Source of the DNA: an archaeon GW2011_AR19
GTDB lineage: Archaea; Nanobdellota; Nanobdellia; Pacearchaeales; GW2011-AR1
NCBI GenBank assembly: GCA_000806015.1
Contig: JWKY01000001.1
Span: 43,569-107,568, forward strand
Direction of reading: 5' to 3'
Length of the DNA: 64,000 nt
Under the pieces are notes generated by a model that saw only the letters and a list, made by a program, of their open reading frames with translations, ran no database searches and had not been told where the DNA came from. The translations under genes and the position numbers were made by a program. Shown here in pieces: positions 19,402-29,489 of the stretch (position 1 is its first letter; each line of letters begins with the position of its first letter).

Positions 19402-19556
19402 TTACCGCAGGATATGAAAGAAATAAATGTAAACGCCGATTCAATGCATCAACTGAAGAGGATTGCTGAATGGAAAGATTGGTTTAGATTATAGATAACT
19501 GACTAAATTAAGTTACATCAAATAGCTAAAAAGATTGCTCAATATTAACTATTTCT

Positions 19557-20897
19557 TCAATCACTTAAATTTTTATAATTTATTTTTAAAAATTGAGTTT
19601 TATAATCTTTAATTCGTAATTCCGCCATTTTTTCCATGCTTCCATTATCGAGAGGGATTTCTAATAATACTTGGATAAATTCCACTGGAAGATTATATTT
19701 TGTGATGAAATGCCACCATCGTTGTAATCTTTGTATTTTATCTTTATCTGGAATGTCTAATCTGCTTTCGTTGAAATAATTATCTCCGCAATAATCTTCA
19801 AGGTTTCCTTTTGCAAAACCATGCTCTAAACAATATTCTCCTAATTTTGTTTTTGGATATGGTTGATAGATAGTAACCCATGATTCATCAGGTTTGTTTT
19901 TTAAAGAAAATTTTAAAGTATTCAATGCATCTTCCAACGGATTTTCTATAGGCAAACCTATCATTTGTTGAAGCCTTATCATGATATTATACTTTTTGAA
20001 AAACATTATTGATTCTTCTATATCTTGGTTTGTTATTTGTCCTCTATTAAGTATTTCTTTTTGTACATATGGGCTTGCGCTTTCTATAGAAAAATGAACT
20101 CTGCTTAATCCTGCATTTTTTAATTTTACAACTAAATCCTCTTTTACAAGATTGGCCCTCACACAGCAAATGAATGGAAGGTTTATGCTCTTTTTATATT
20201 TCTCACAGAATTCATCAAGCCATTTTTTATTCCCAAGAAAATTATCATCAATAAACAATATCCTTTCCAAGGGATAATTTTTTTTGATATTTTCTATTTC
20301 CTTAATAGTATAATCAACTGTTTTTCTTTGAAACATCTTATGCTTTTCATCTTTGAATAGTTCTCTGTTCAGATGATTATGGCAATAGGTGCAATCATAT
20401 GGACAGTCTCTTTGAGTTATTACGTTTTTCATCGGATTATTCCTAAATGCATCATATTTGTATAGAATCTCCCTATCAGGAATTGGAAGAGAATTTAAGT
20501 TTTCTATTAATGGTTTTTTGATTATTTTTTGTTTTGTTTTTCCTTCTATAATCTCTATCATTGCTTCCTCTCCTTGACCTATCACCACAAAATCCACATC
20601 TTTCTCATTAGCTATTTCTGGAAAGAATGTAGGATGCGCCCCGCCGAAGACAGAAAGGATGTGTGGGTATCTTTTTTTTATTTTTTCATTGGTCTTCAAA
20701 GCATGTCTATGTTCTCCAGTGCATGTTGAATATGCAAAGACATTTGGCTTGAATCTTTCTATCGCTTCAAATATATCTTCTTCGTCGGTTTGCACAAGTT
20801 CAGTATTGTGTCCTCTCTCTTTCAGATATGCTGATAAATACATCATTCCTAATTTCTCGGTTTCCATTTTTTTTTCAATAAATAATATGTTTGACAT
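19557..20897 (-). CDS. Cobalamin-binding radical SAM protein
   Basis: LGMMYLSA, GGAHPTF, GQGEE, RDCPYDCTYC, IDDNF, MIGLP.E. Confidence 0.92.
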   Translation of the reverse strand: MSNILFIEKKMETEKLGMMYLSAYLKERGHNTELVQTDEEDIFEAIERFKPNVFAYSTCTGEHRHALKTNEKIKKRYPHILSVFGGAHPTFFPEIANEKDVDFVVIGQGEEAMIEIIEGKTKQKIIKKPLIENLNSLPIPDREILYKYDAFRNNPMKNVITQRDCPYDCTYCHNHLNRELFKDEKHKMFQRKTVDYTIKEIENIKKNYPLERILFIDDNFLGNKKWLDEFCEKYKKSINLPFICCVRANLVKEDLVVKLKNAGLSRVHFSIESASPYVQKEILNRGQITNQDIEESIMFFKKYNIMIRLQQMIGLPIENPLEDALNTLKFSLKNKPDESWVTIYQPYPKTKLGEYCLEHGFAKGNLEDYCGDNYFNESRLDIPDKDKIQRLQRWWHFITKYNLPVEFIQVLLEIPLDNGSMEKMAELRIKDYKTQFLKINYKNLSD

Positions 20898-20981
20898 TTT
20901 TTATTTTTTCCTTTTAATTTATTTTTTGTATAAATCTCATTAACAAAAGATTTATTAATTTTATTAAGATTAAATATACAC

Positions 20982-21941
20982 TTATCTATTCTGCTTCCCT
21001 TTAATAAATCCGTTTATAGCTCCAATTGTCTGAACTATTGATATAAATATTCCTGCAAATGGATATAAAAGCAAACCAGGAAGCCAGTTTGTTCTGACAA
21101 AAGGATAAATTGTTTGCATTATAGAAGCAAGAAAAAATGGCAAAAGAAAAAATAAACTTATTACTGGATTAATAAATAAACTAATCAGAAATCCAAACAA
21201 AAATAAAATGCGTATTTCAAAATCAAACAAACCTATTCTTCTAAGTAAACCATATTCTCTTTTAAGAGCCCCATGCGCCTCGCCATAACGCTGTTCTTTT
21301 TTTAGCGCGCTTGAAAATTTGCTGTTTTTATCGTAATGCACATGAATAATTTTATCTTCTACGCGTTCTAATTTATATCCTTGTTTTTTTATTCTAACAT
21401 GCATATCGCAATCTTCTCCTGCAAATGCATAATTTTTGGGATTGAAAAAACCAACTTTATCAAACACTTCTTTTTTGTAATTTCCTCCGCCATATTGCGG
21501 TTTTGAAATATGCCTGAATGTAAGCAGCCTTATAAGAAAAGGATATTTTTGCCAGGCTTTTACAGGCCAGACAATAGGAGAGACGACGCACCCTATTTTA
21601 TCATCTGAATAAAGTTTTTTTATGACGTTGCTAAGCCAACTTTTATTTTCAGGAAAATAATCTCTGCAAAGAATTGAGATTACTTGTGTTTTTGAAGATT
21701 TGATGCCTAAATTGAGACTTTCAGAAATTCCTTTGTTTACTGGATTATTTATTAATTTAATTTTATTAACTTTCATAAATTTCAGCATTGAAGCTGAAGG
21801 TTTTGATTTTGGGTTATCATTAACGACGACGATTTCCATTTTAGGATAATCTTGTTTAAGAATATGCCTTAAAGCTTCTTCACTTTTGTCAATTTCAAAT
21901 GTAGGCATAATTATTGTAACTGAAATTTCTTTTTGGGCCAT
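20982..21941 (-). CDS. Glycosyltransferase family 2 with C-terminal TM helices
   Basis: VTIIMPTF, EIVVVND, NKG...LNLG, GED.D. Confidence 0.85.
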   Translation of the reverse strand: MAQKEISVTIIMPTFEIDKSEEALRHILKQDYPKMEIVVVNDNPKSKPSASMLKFMKVNKIKLINNPVNKGISESLNLGIKSSKTQVISILCRDYFPENKSWLSNVIKKLYSDDKIGCVVSPIVWPVKAWQKYPFLIRLLTFRHISKPQYGGGNYKKEVFDKVGFFNPKNYAFAGEDCDMHVRIKKQGYKLERVEDKIIHVHYDKNSKFSSALKKEQRYGEAHGALKREYGLLRRIGLFDFEIRILFLFGFLISLFINPVISLFFLLPFFLASIMQTIYPFVRTNWLPGLLLYPFAGIFISIVQTIGAINGFIKGKQNR

Positions 21942-22015
21942 CTTTGATTAATTCCCTTATAGTTTAAAAACTTAAGTAGGATAAAAATTATAAATCTTCT
22001 TTTCCAGATTAGAAC

Positions 22016-22738
22016 ATGATAGATATTGTTACCGGCAGAAGCAAAAGTGCGCAATTTTTTATTAACTTGGTTCCAAAAAATTTTAGATTAATTTTTAATC
22101 CAAACAGACGATGCATTGAAAAGTTTATTGAGAAAAGCGCCAAAAAAATGGAAAAGGGCGCGAAAATTTTAGATGCAGGAGCAGGGCCCTGTCCATATAA
22201 AAAATTATTTTCACATTGTGATTATGAAGCAACAGATTTTATAGATAAATATAAAATTCTTGATTTTACCTGTCAATTAGATAATATTCCTAAAAAGAAA
22301 GATACTTATGATGCTATACTCTGCACAGAAGTTTTGGAACATGTAGAATATCCGCAAAAAGTAGTTAATGAACTTTATAGAATATTAAAAAAAAATGGAA
22401 AATTATTTTTGACTGTCCCGCAAGCATGGATGATTCATCAGGAACCTTATAATTTTTATTATTTTACTAAATATGGGCTCGCGAGCCTATTAAAGAATGC
22501 GGGTTTTAAAGAATATAAAATTATTCCAAAAGGAGGCTATTTTTGGTTTTTAGCAGACGCTATTAGGTTTAATGAAATTGCCCAGCAATATAAAAAATAT
22601 CCTTTAATATATTATCCCCTAAAAATTTTATCATTTCCATTCACTTCAATAATCTTCCCATTTATTTTATTTTATTTAGATTTTTTAGATAAAGAAAAAA
22701 AATGGACAATGGGTTATGTAGTTGAAGCTAAAAAATAA
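22016..22738 (+). CDS. Class I SAM-dependent methyltransferase
   Basis: ILDAGAG, D.ILCTEVLEHV..P, LK.NG.L.LTVP. Confidence 0.88.
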   Translation: MIDIVTGRSKSAQFFINLVPKNFRLIFNPNRRCIEKFIEKSAKKMEKGAKILDAGAGPCPYKKLFSHCDYEATDFIDKYKILDFTCQLDNIPKKKDTYDAILCTEVLEHVEYPQKVVNELYRILKKNGKLFLTVPQAWMIHQEPYNFYYFTKYGLASLLKNAGFKEYKIIPKGGYFWFLADAIRFNEIAQQYKKYPLIYYPLKILSFPFTSIIFPFILFYLDFLDKEKKWTMGYVVEAKK

Positions 22739-22753
22739 ATTAGGATAATTTTT

Positions 22754-23557
22754 TCATATCGTCTGCTTGCCCATTAAAAAACCTTTCCAAAAACCAAAAA
22801 GATAGTAAAAATGGTCTGGAAAAGAACTCAATATATAAACTGGAAATAATTTTGTTTCTTTTTTATTAAATGGAAAAGAAAAGATTGTTGCAACTATTCC
22901 AAATATTGGAATCGCCTTTATTAAAAAAGAATGCCATCCGCGCATTTTCAAGCCATAAATTCTAAAAATCGCTCCGCCTCCGTTGGCATATTGACGAGTT
23001 TTTTTTAATCTTTTCATATAAGTTGTTGGATGATAGTGCAATATTCCTGCTTTTGGATAAGCTATTGCTCCTTTTTCTTTTATTTTCATATAAAGATCCA
23101 AATCTTCTCCCCCTGTTTTAAAAGTTTTTTCATCAAAATAATTAACTGATTTTAAAATATCTTTTCTATACGCCCCGCCCTTTCCGTCCAACAAAGAGGT
23201 AATAATTCCTTTTTCTTTTATATTAGCTGCTTTAGCAAATATACTTAAATTTTTCCAGATAAAATCTGGAAGGCGAATCTTAGAAACAGAAGCAATTACA
23301 TTTTTATTTTTGAAAGGTTCAACTAAATTTTTTAACCAAGATTCATTTGCAGGAACGCAATCCTGCGGCAGTTCAACAACAATATCGTATTTTGATTTTT
23401 TTATACCAAGATTTATCTGTTTTGCAAAACCCATATTTTCTTCTATTTCTAATATTTCAATTTTTCCTTTGAATTTTTGTTCTTTTACTGCTTGAATAAG
23501 TTTTTTCAACACATCCCTGTCTGGATTAAATATTGGGATGACGATTGAAACATTCAT
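22754..23557 (-). CDS. Glycosyltransferase family 2
   Basis: VSIVIPIFN, GFA...N.G, QDC, FDE..F..GGEDLD. Confidence 0.85.
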   Translation of the reverse strand: MNVSIVIPIFNPDRDVLKKLIQAVKEQKFKGKIEILEIEENMGFAKQINLGIKKSKYDIVVELPQDCVPANESWLKNLVEPFKNKNVIASVSKIRLPDFIWKNLSIFAKAANIKEKGIITSLLDGKGGAYRKDILKSVNYFDEKTFKTGGEDLDLYMKIKEKGAIAYPKAGILHYHPTTYMKRLKKTRQYANGGGAIFRIYGLKMRGWHSFLIKAIPIFGIVATIFSFPFNKKETKLFPVYILSSFPDHFYYLFGFWKGFLMGKQTI

Positions 23558-23586
23558 TAATTTTTAATATTTTTATAGTTTAAATC

Positions 23587-23632
23587 TTTTCTGTAAGGAA
23601 AAGTTTTGTCAAAAAACTCCTGTTTTTTGTTC
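23587..23632. repeat. Palindromic micro-element (CAAAAAAC-TCCT-GTTTTTTG family)
   Basis: Perfect 8-bp stem at 23610-23629. The reverse complement gaacaaaaaacaggagttttttgacaaaac matches 34491-34520 and the tandem units at 62572-62650. Confidence 0.75.
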
Positions 23633-23828
23633 CCATTTAAGTCTTTTTCGTTTAAAAAAAGCTTACGCGAAAATCTCGTTAGAGATATCTTCAGCATAAA
23701 TCTTTTCTGGAAGTGATTATTTGTATTTATTAATTCTTCAAAATCATAGATTTTGATAATTTTTAGCTCGGTCTGCTTATTGAAAAAAATAAATTATAAT
23801 AAATAAAATTTGAATGTCCAAGTAGAAA

Positions 23829-24263
23829 CTATTTCATTAGATATTTCTCGATGAATTTTTTATGGGCAGAATGTATATTTTTCGGCGGTTTTTTGAAAAA
23901 TTTTATTTCATCTGCCTGCCAGCTCCCCTTGATTTTTCCGGATTTTCTTTTTACCAAAAAAGCCAAACTAATAGGATGCCCAAATACTTCTTTTTTTTGT
24001 GGAAATTCTATCGCCCCTAAAAGTTTAACGATTTTTACATTTAAGTTGATTTCTTCTTTGGCAGTTCTTTTTACAGCTTGTTTCAATGTTTCATTAAAGA
24101 GAATACTGCCCCCTGGAAAATGCCACATTCCTTTTGAAGGGGGAATTAATCTCTTCGTCAATAATACGCCGTCTTTTGTTTTTAGAATTATTTCAACGCA
24201 TAATCTCGGAACTTGGTTATAAATGCAATTAAATTTTTTTTGAGAGAGTTTTTTTGGAACCAT
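23829..24263 (-). CDS. NUDIX hydrolase, GDP-mannose mannosyl hydrolase-like
   Basis: PRLCVE, R...P.KG.W.FPGG....NET...AV.R...EE. Confidence 0.8.
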   Translation of the reverse strand: MVPKKLSQKKFNCIYNQVPRLCVEIILKTKDGVLLTKRLIPPSKGMWHFPGGSILFNETLKQAVKRTAKEEINLNVKIVKLLGAIEFPQKKEVFGHPISLAFLVKRKSGKIKGSWQADEIKFFKKPPKNIHSAHKKFIEKYLMK

Positions 24264-24353
24264 GAAAATTTTTAGTAAAAGAAACTTTAAAAATGTTTTA
24301 TTTTGTTAACTCATTTTTATATTAACTTTTTTAAGAAATCGTTGCAAAGTCGT

Positions 24354-25286
24354 TTATTTTTTATAAAATTCTATTGTTCTTTTTATTCCATCTTCTAAAG
24401 AGGTCTTTGGGGTCCAACCTATTTTTTTCAAACCTGAATTATCACAGACAAAATCAACAATTCCAACATTTTTATGAAAATCCGGCGGGGTGATTACCTT
24501 AACTTTTGTATTTGGAATTTGTTCTCTTACAATATTTATTAATTCCCTGAATTTTGTGAATTCTCCTCTTCCAACATAGTATACTTTGTTTGTCTCTCCT
24601 TTTTCTGCAAGAGTCATGCAGGCATCTGCAACATCATCAACATAAATATAATCTCTGACAAAATCTCCATTATTATAAAGTTGAATTTCTTTGCCTTTCA
24701 CAGCTTGATTTATCATAAAATTAAATCCTGCCTTTTTTTTATTATTTCCATCTTCAAATGGACCAAAAACATTAGTAAATCTGGCAATTATTACATCCAA
24801 ATTAAAAACATTATGATAAATGCGGCAAAAATGTTCTGCAGCAAGTTTTGTAGCTGGATATAAACCCAGAGGATTGCAGGGAGAATCTGCATTAACAGGA
24901 AGTTTATCTGCATTGCCATTAACAAAAAATGTGCTCCCAAAAATAATTTTTGCTTTAGGATTATATTTTTTGCATGCTTCTAAAAGAGCAATTGTTCCAT
25001 TGCAGTTTATTTTTATATCTTTATAGGGTTTGTCTTCTTTAATAGCATAATTATCAACAGTGCCGGCTAAATGAAAAATATAATCTTTATTTTTTACATC
25101 ATCTTCATTTATTTTTCTTACATCTTTTATTATTAAATTAATTTTATTTTCAATATTAAAAATATTATTTTTTTTATTGTAAGATCTTGATAATATATAA
25201 ATATCGTTTTTACTTTCTAAATATTTTTTAGCTAAATGGCTTCCAATAAATCCCATTCCGCCGGTGATTAGAATTTTTTTATTCAT
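24354..25286 (-). CDS. NAD-dependent epimerase/reductase (extended SDR)
   Basis: ITGGMGFIGS, YPATK, RFTNVFGP, RDYIYVDD. Confidence 0.9.
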   Translation of the reverse strand: MNKKILITGGMGFIGSHLAKKYLESKNDIYILSRSYNKKNNIFNIENKINLIIKDVRKINEDDVKNKDYIFHLAGTVDNYAIKEDKPYKDIKINCNGTIALLEACKKYNPKAKIIFGSTFFVNGNADKLPVNADSPCNPLGLYPATKLAAEHFCRIYHNVFNLDVIIARFTNVFGPFEDGNNKKKAGFNFMINQAVKGKEIQLYNNGDFVRDYIYVDDVADACMTLAEKGETNKVYYVGRGEFTKFRELINIVREQIPNTKVKVITPPDFHKNVGIVDFVCDNSGLKKIGWTPKTSLEDGIKRTIEFYKK

Positions 25287-25287
25287 T

Positions 25288-26493
25288 TTATGATTTATAT
25301 TCTCCTAAAAATTTTTTTAATATATTATAATAATCTTTTTTTTGATTTTCAGGCATGCCCCAGCATGGAATGAAAAGTGATCTTTTTTCTATATCGTCGC
25401 CAACTGGAAAATTTCCATTATTGAGAGAGAGCCATTCTGCTCTTTCAAATGGTTTTTGTTTTGTAATATTCCCGCACATTAATGGTCTTACTTCAACTTT
25501 ATTTGCAGTGAGATATCGCGCAAAGCTTGATCTATCAAAAGAAGAACTTTCTTTAATAGTAAGAGGATATGAAAACCAGCTTGGGTCTGCTTTTGGATGA
25601 GTTTGGGGAAGATGAAATACTTCATATTCTGTGAATAATTCTGTCATTTCATTAAATTGTTTTTTTCTTTCTTCAATAAATTTAGGTAATTTAGAAATTT
25701 GTTTTAATCCAAATGATGCCTGCAAAGCAGTCATCTGGCTGTCTGTGCCTAACGTTTCATATGTATATCTCTTTAAAAATTCATCATCTGCAGGACGAAA
25801 ATCTCTACCCCAAAAAATTAGGCTTTTAAGAGTATCGCTTAATTTTTTATTGTTTGTTGCCACAGCTCCGCCAACCCCTCCAGAAGTAATATGATGAGAA
25901 GCATAAAAGCTGTATGCTGCTGCATCCCCATACGAGCCCACACATTTATTTTGATATTTACTTCCTAAAGTATCACAGCAATCTTCTAAAAGAAATCTTG
26001 TTTTTCCTAAAATTTTTAAAATTTTTTCTAAATCAGGAACATTTCCTAATAAATGCGGTAAAATCATTCCTCTTGTTTCCGGATATCTTTCTATTGCTGC
26101 AGACACTTGTTCTGAATCAGCGACATAAGTAGATGGTTTGGTTTCAATAAATATCGGGACTATTCCTAAATTAATTGCTGAGGAAATGCTTGTTGCAAAT
26201 GTAGTTACAGGATGAATTATTTTATCTCCAATTCTCCAGCGGCCATCATGTTTCAAAGCTAATAAAGCATTTTCTATTGCCGCTGAACCGCTATTTGTTA
26301 AATGCACATACGGAATTTCTAAGAATTTTGACATTTCTTTTTCAAGATTTTTATTTGGTTTTCCATATCCAAACCAATCATCCCGAAGCACTTCAGTTAA
26401 AGCTTTTCTTTCTTCTTCTCCCCACTGGACTCTATTAATTAGGTGCGGGTCTCCCATTTTTTCCCATTTTTTCCATCCTATTTTTTTATTCAT
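25288..26493 (-). CDS. PLP/PMP-dependent NDP-4-keto-6-deoxyhexose 3-dehydratase (RfbH/DdhC/ColD-like)
   Basis: NSGS, PHLLGN, LEDCCDTLGS; SFYASHHITS has His at the position of the aminotransferase Lys; WGRD, SWF, RPL..GN. Confidence 0.8.
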   Translation of the reverse strand: MNKKIGWKKWEKMGDPHLINRVQWGEEERKALTEVLRDDWFGYGKPNKNLEKEMSKFLEIPYVHLTNSGSAAIENALLALKHDGRWRIGDKIIHPVTTFATSISSAINLGIVPIFIETKPSTYVADSEQVSAAIERYPETRGMILPHLLGNVPDLEKILKILGKTRFLLEDCCDTLGSKYQNKCVGSYGDAAAYSFYASHHITSGGVGGAVATNNKKLSDTLKSLIFWGRDFRPADDEFLKRYTYETLGTDSQMTALQASFGLKQISKLPKFIEERKKQFNEMTELFTEYEVFHLPQTHPKADPSWFSYPLTIKESSSFDRSSFARYLTANKVEVRPLMCGNITKQKPFERAEWLSLNNGNFPVGDDIEKRSLFIPCWGMPENQKKDYYNILKKFLGEYKS

Positions 26494-26687
26494 TGAGGTT
26501 TATCCTAAATTTATTTTAAATAGTTTATGCTGATGGAAAGCATATTATTCAGGAGAAGTTTAAAATCTTCTGTCAAATAATCTTTGACTATCGTCGTAGA
26601 TTTGATTAATTATAAACCCCTTTAATATGTTTTATGATAAATCTTCAAAACAATAATGCTTTTAAATTAACTAAAATTTGGGTGTTT

Positions 26688-27143
26688 ATGAAAAAAGATA
26701 AGGCAACTAAGGAAAAAGTAGAAAGAATAATAAATGCGGTAAATCCTTACATTGATGCTCGTGGAAAAATAGAGAATTATCTTCTTCCTCAGACAATTAA
26801 TCTTTTAGCGACAATAACTTCAAAAAAAGGAAGCATAAGAGCAAACCACTATCATCCTGAACAAGAACAAATGTGTCTTGTTATTTCTGGAAGCTATGTA
26901 AGTGTTTACAAAGATTTAACCATTTCAAATAGTCAGATTAGACATCAAATTATTAAGGCAGGAGATTTATCAATAATGCCCCCAAATGTTGCGCATACCA
27001 TGATCTTTTTAGAAGATTCTGTTTTTCTCAATTTAGTAAATGGAAATAGAGACCATAATAAATTTGAAGAGCATACTATTAAATACGAATTAGTGAAGCC
27101 TTCTGAAATAGATGATTATCTTCACTTGTATTCAAACGAATAA
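26688..27143 (+). CDS. Cupin-fold sugar isomerase/epimerase-like protein
   Basis: DARG, RANHYH, PPNVAH. Start placed at the ATG at 26688, which follows a TATA-like ttttaaatt. Confidence 0.75.
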   Translation: MKKDKATKEKVERIINAVNPYIDARGKIENYLLPQTINLLATITSKKGSIRANHYHPEQEQMCLVISGSYVSVYKDLTISNSQIRHQIIKAGDLSIMPPNVAHTMIFLEDSVFLNLVNGNRDHNKFEEHTIKYELVKPSEIDDYLHLYSNE

Positions 27144-27156
27144 TTTTCTATAAAAA

Positions 27157-29466
27157 ATGGAAATCGGATTTGATAACAGCACCATAAAGGAAGACATAAA
27201 CAACATTGTTAGAGATTTAGGAAATCTTTGTAAAAAGTTTGAAGGCAAAACTATACTTATAACCGGAGGCGCAGGATTTTTAGGAAAATATCTTGTTTGG
27301 TTTTTAATTTTTTTGAATAAAAATATTTTAGAAAGACCGTGTAAAATAATAATTTTGGACAACTTTATTACAGGAATTAAAGGCAGTCTTGAAGAAAATG
27401 AAAATACAATAATTATAGAACAAGATATTTCTAAACCTTTTAAAATAGAAGGAAATATAGATTATATACTGCATGCAGCAAGCATCGCTGCCCCTTTATT
27501 CTATAATAAATACAGATTAGAAACAATTGATGTAGGTTTTATAGGAACAAAGAATCTTTTAGAATTAGCAAAAGAAAAAAAAATTAAAAGTTTTTTATTT
27601 TTTAGCACAAGCGAAATTTACGGAAATCCAGATTCTAAATCTATTCCTACTCCGGAAACATATTTTGGAAATGTTTCATGTACGGGTCCAAGAGCAGCTT
27701 ATGATGAACCAAAGAGAATTGGTGAAACTTTATGCATGACTTATGCAGACATGTACAATCTTCCAATAAAAATAGTCCGCCCCTTTAATGTTTTTGGTCC
27801 TGGAATGAGATTTGATGACGGAAGAGGCGCAATAAACTTTGTTGTTTCCGCATTAAGAGGGGAAAAAATTCCTGTTTATGGCGATGGAAGAAATACAAGA
27901 ACCTGGACATATATTTCAGATGCGATCACAGCATTTTTCCAAGTTCTTTTATCAGATCATAATGGTGAAGCATTTAATGTAGGGTCAGATGAACAAGAAA
28001 TAGAAATGAGGCATCTCGCGCAGCTCGTTGCAGGATTAGTAAAAAATCAAAACATAGAAATTCATAATCTTGAAGGCCCAAATGAAGCTTATTCTAAGGC
28101 TGATGTAAATAGAAGATGTCCTGATTTAACAAAAATTAGAACAATGATTGGATTTATTCCGCGAGTTACTCTTGTTTCTGGATTAAAAAGATTTATAGAA
28201 TGGACAGAAGAAGCATTAAAAGAGCAGCAAAATCTTACGGGTTTTCAATTAAAATGCAGAATTTGTGAAAACCCTGAATTAGAAAAGGTTGTCTCTTTAG
28301 GAAAATCTCCTTTAGCAAATAATCTTCTTTCTATTGGCGATTTAAATAAAGATGAAGAATTATATCCTTTAGAAATAATGCACTGCAGCAAATGTAATTT
28401 ATGCCAGCTTTCATATGTCGTTCCTCCAGAAAAAATGTTCAAAAATTATCTTTATGTTACATCAACAACAGATTATTTTAAAAAACATTTCGGAGAATTG
28501 GCGGATAAAATAAAAAAAGAATTTAACTTAACAAATAATTCATTGGTAGTGGATATAGGGAGTAATGATGGTTTATTATTGAAAAAATTTAAGGAAAATG
28601 GAGTTAGAGTTGTAGGAATTGAATCAGCAGAGAATATTTGTAACCTTGCTAGAAGTGATGGAGTAGATACTTTAAGCGGATTTTTTAATGAGGATATTGT
28701 CGAAGAAATAGTAAAAATGAAAGGAAAAGCAGACGTCGTTACTGCAAATAATGTTTTTGCCCATGTGGGGAATATAAAAGGATTTATAAAAAATGTAAAA
28801 AATTTATTAAAAGATGATGGAATTTTTGTTATAGAAGTACAATATCTTCTTGATATGATACAAACTTTAACGTTTGATAATATCTACCACGAGCATCTCT
28901 CTTATTTCAGCGTTTTATCTTTAAATGAATTTTTCAAAAGACAAGATATGGAAATTTTTAAAGTTGAACATATTGATAGTCATGGAGGATCAATAAGGAT
29001 ATTTATCCAAAAAGCGAAAAAACATTTAAAGGATAACTCTGCAGAAGAATTTATTAGAAAAGAAATGTTTTTTGGTTTAGACAGCTCAAAAACTTATCAA
29101 GAATTTGGAAATAAATTAAACGGAATAAGAGAAAAAATAAGAGATTTTATAATAAAAACTAAAAAAGATGGGAAAAAAATTGTTGGTTATGGCGCGCCGG
29201 CAAAAGCAACAACTCTTCTAAATTATTATGATATAGATAATAAACATCTCGATTTTATTGTTGAAGACAATATTCTAAAACAAGGAAAAATTGTCCCGGG
29301 AGTAAGAATTCCAATTAAAAAAAAGGAAGTTCTTGATCAAATAAATCCAGATTATATTCTTATTTTAGCATGGAATTTTGCAGATGAAATAATGAAAAAA
29401 AATAATATCTATAAAGAGAAAGGCGCAAAGTTTGTCATTATTTCTCCAGAATTAAAAATTGTTTAG
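27157..29466 (+). CDS. Fusion: UDP-glucuronate decarboxylase/dehydratase-like SDR + NDP-sugar C-methyltransferase
   Basis: N-terminal ITGGAGFLG, STSEIYG, YDEPKR, DDGR. C-terminal CRIC...CSKCNLCQL (Zn), DIGSNDG, NNVFAH, FDNIYHEHLSYF, HGGS.R, GYGAPAK, LAWNF. Confidence 0.88.
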   Translation: MEIGFDNSTIKEDINNIVRDLGNLCKKFEGKTILITGGAGFLGKYLVWFLIFLNKNILERPCKIIILDNFITGIKGSLEENENTIIIEQDISKPFKIEGNIDYILHAASIAAPLFYNKYRLETIDVGFIGTKNLLELAKEKKIKSFLFFSTSEIYGNPDSKSIPTPETYFGNVSCTGPRAAYDEPKRIGETLCMTYADMYNLPIKIVRPFNVFGPGMRFDDGRGAINFVVSALRGEKIPVYGDGRNTRTWTYISDAITAFFQVLLSDHNGEAFNVGSDEQEIEMRHLAQLVAGLVKNQNIEIHNLEGPNEAYSKADVNRRCPDLTKIRTMIGFIPRVTLVSGLKRFIEWTEEALKEQQNLTGFQLKCRICENPELEKVVSLGKSPLANNLLSIGDLNKDEELYPLEIMHCSKCNLCQLSYVVPPEKMFKNYLYVTSTTDYFKKHFGELADKIKKEFNLTNNSLVVDIGSNDGLLLKKFKENGVRVVGIESAENICNLARSDGVDTLSGFFNEDIVEEIVKMKGKADVVTANNVFAHVGNIKGFIKNVKNLLKDDGIFVIEVQYLLDMIQTLTFDNIYHEHLSYFSVLSLNEFFKRQDMEIFKVEHIDSHGGSIRIFIQKAKKHLKDNSAEEFIRKEMFFGLDSSKTYQEFGNKLNGIREKIRDFIIKTKKDGKKIVGYGAPAKATTLLNYYDIDNKHLDFIVEDNILKQGKIVPGVRIPIKKKEVLDQINPDYILILAWNFADEIMKKNNIYKEKGAKFVIISPELKIV

Positions 29467-29489
29467 TTTCTTTTTTGAAAATTTTAAAA

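Noticed and set aside
19385..19494. Two chained mini-ORFs after the B12 radical SAM gene (MPLWINYRRI*, MKEINV...WFRL*)
   Set aside because: They lead to no downstream same-strand gene, so they cannot be counted as a bridge; may be a relic or chance.
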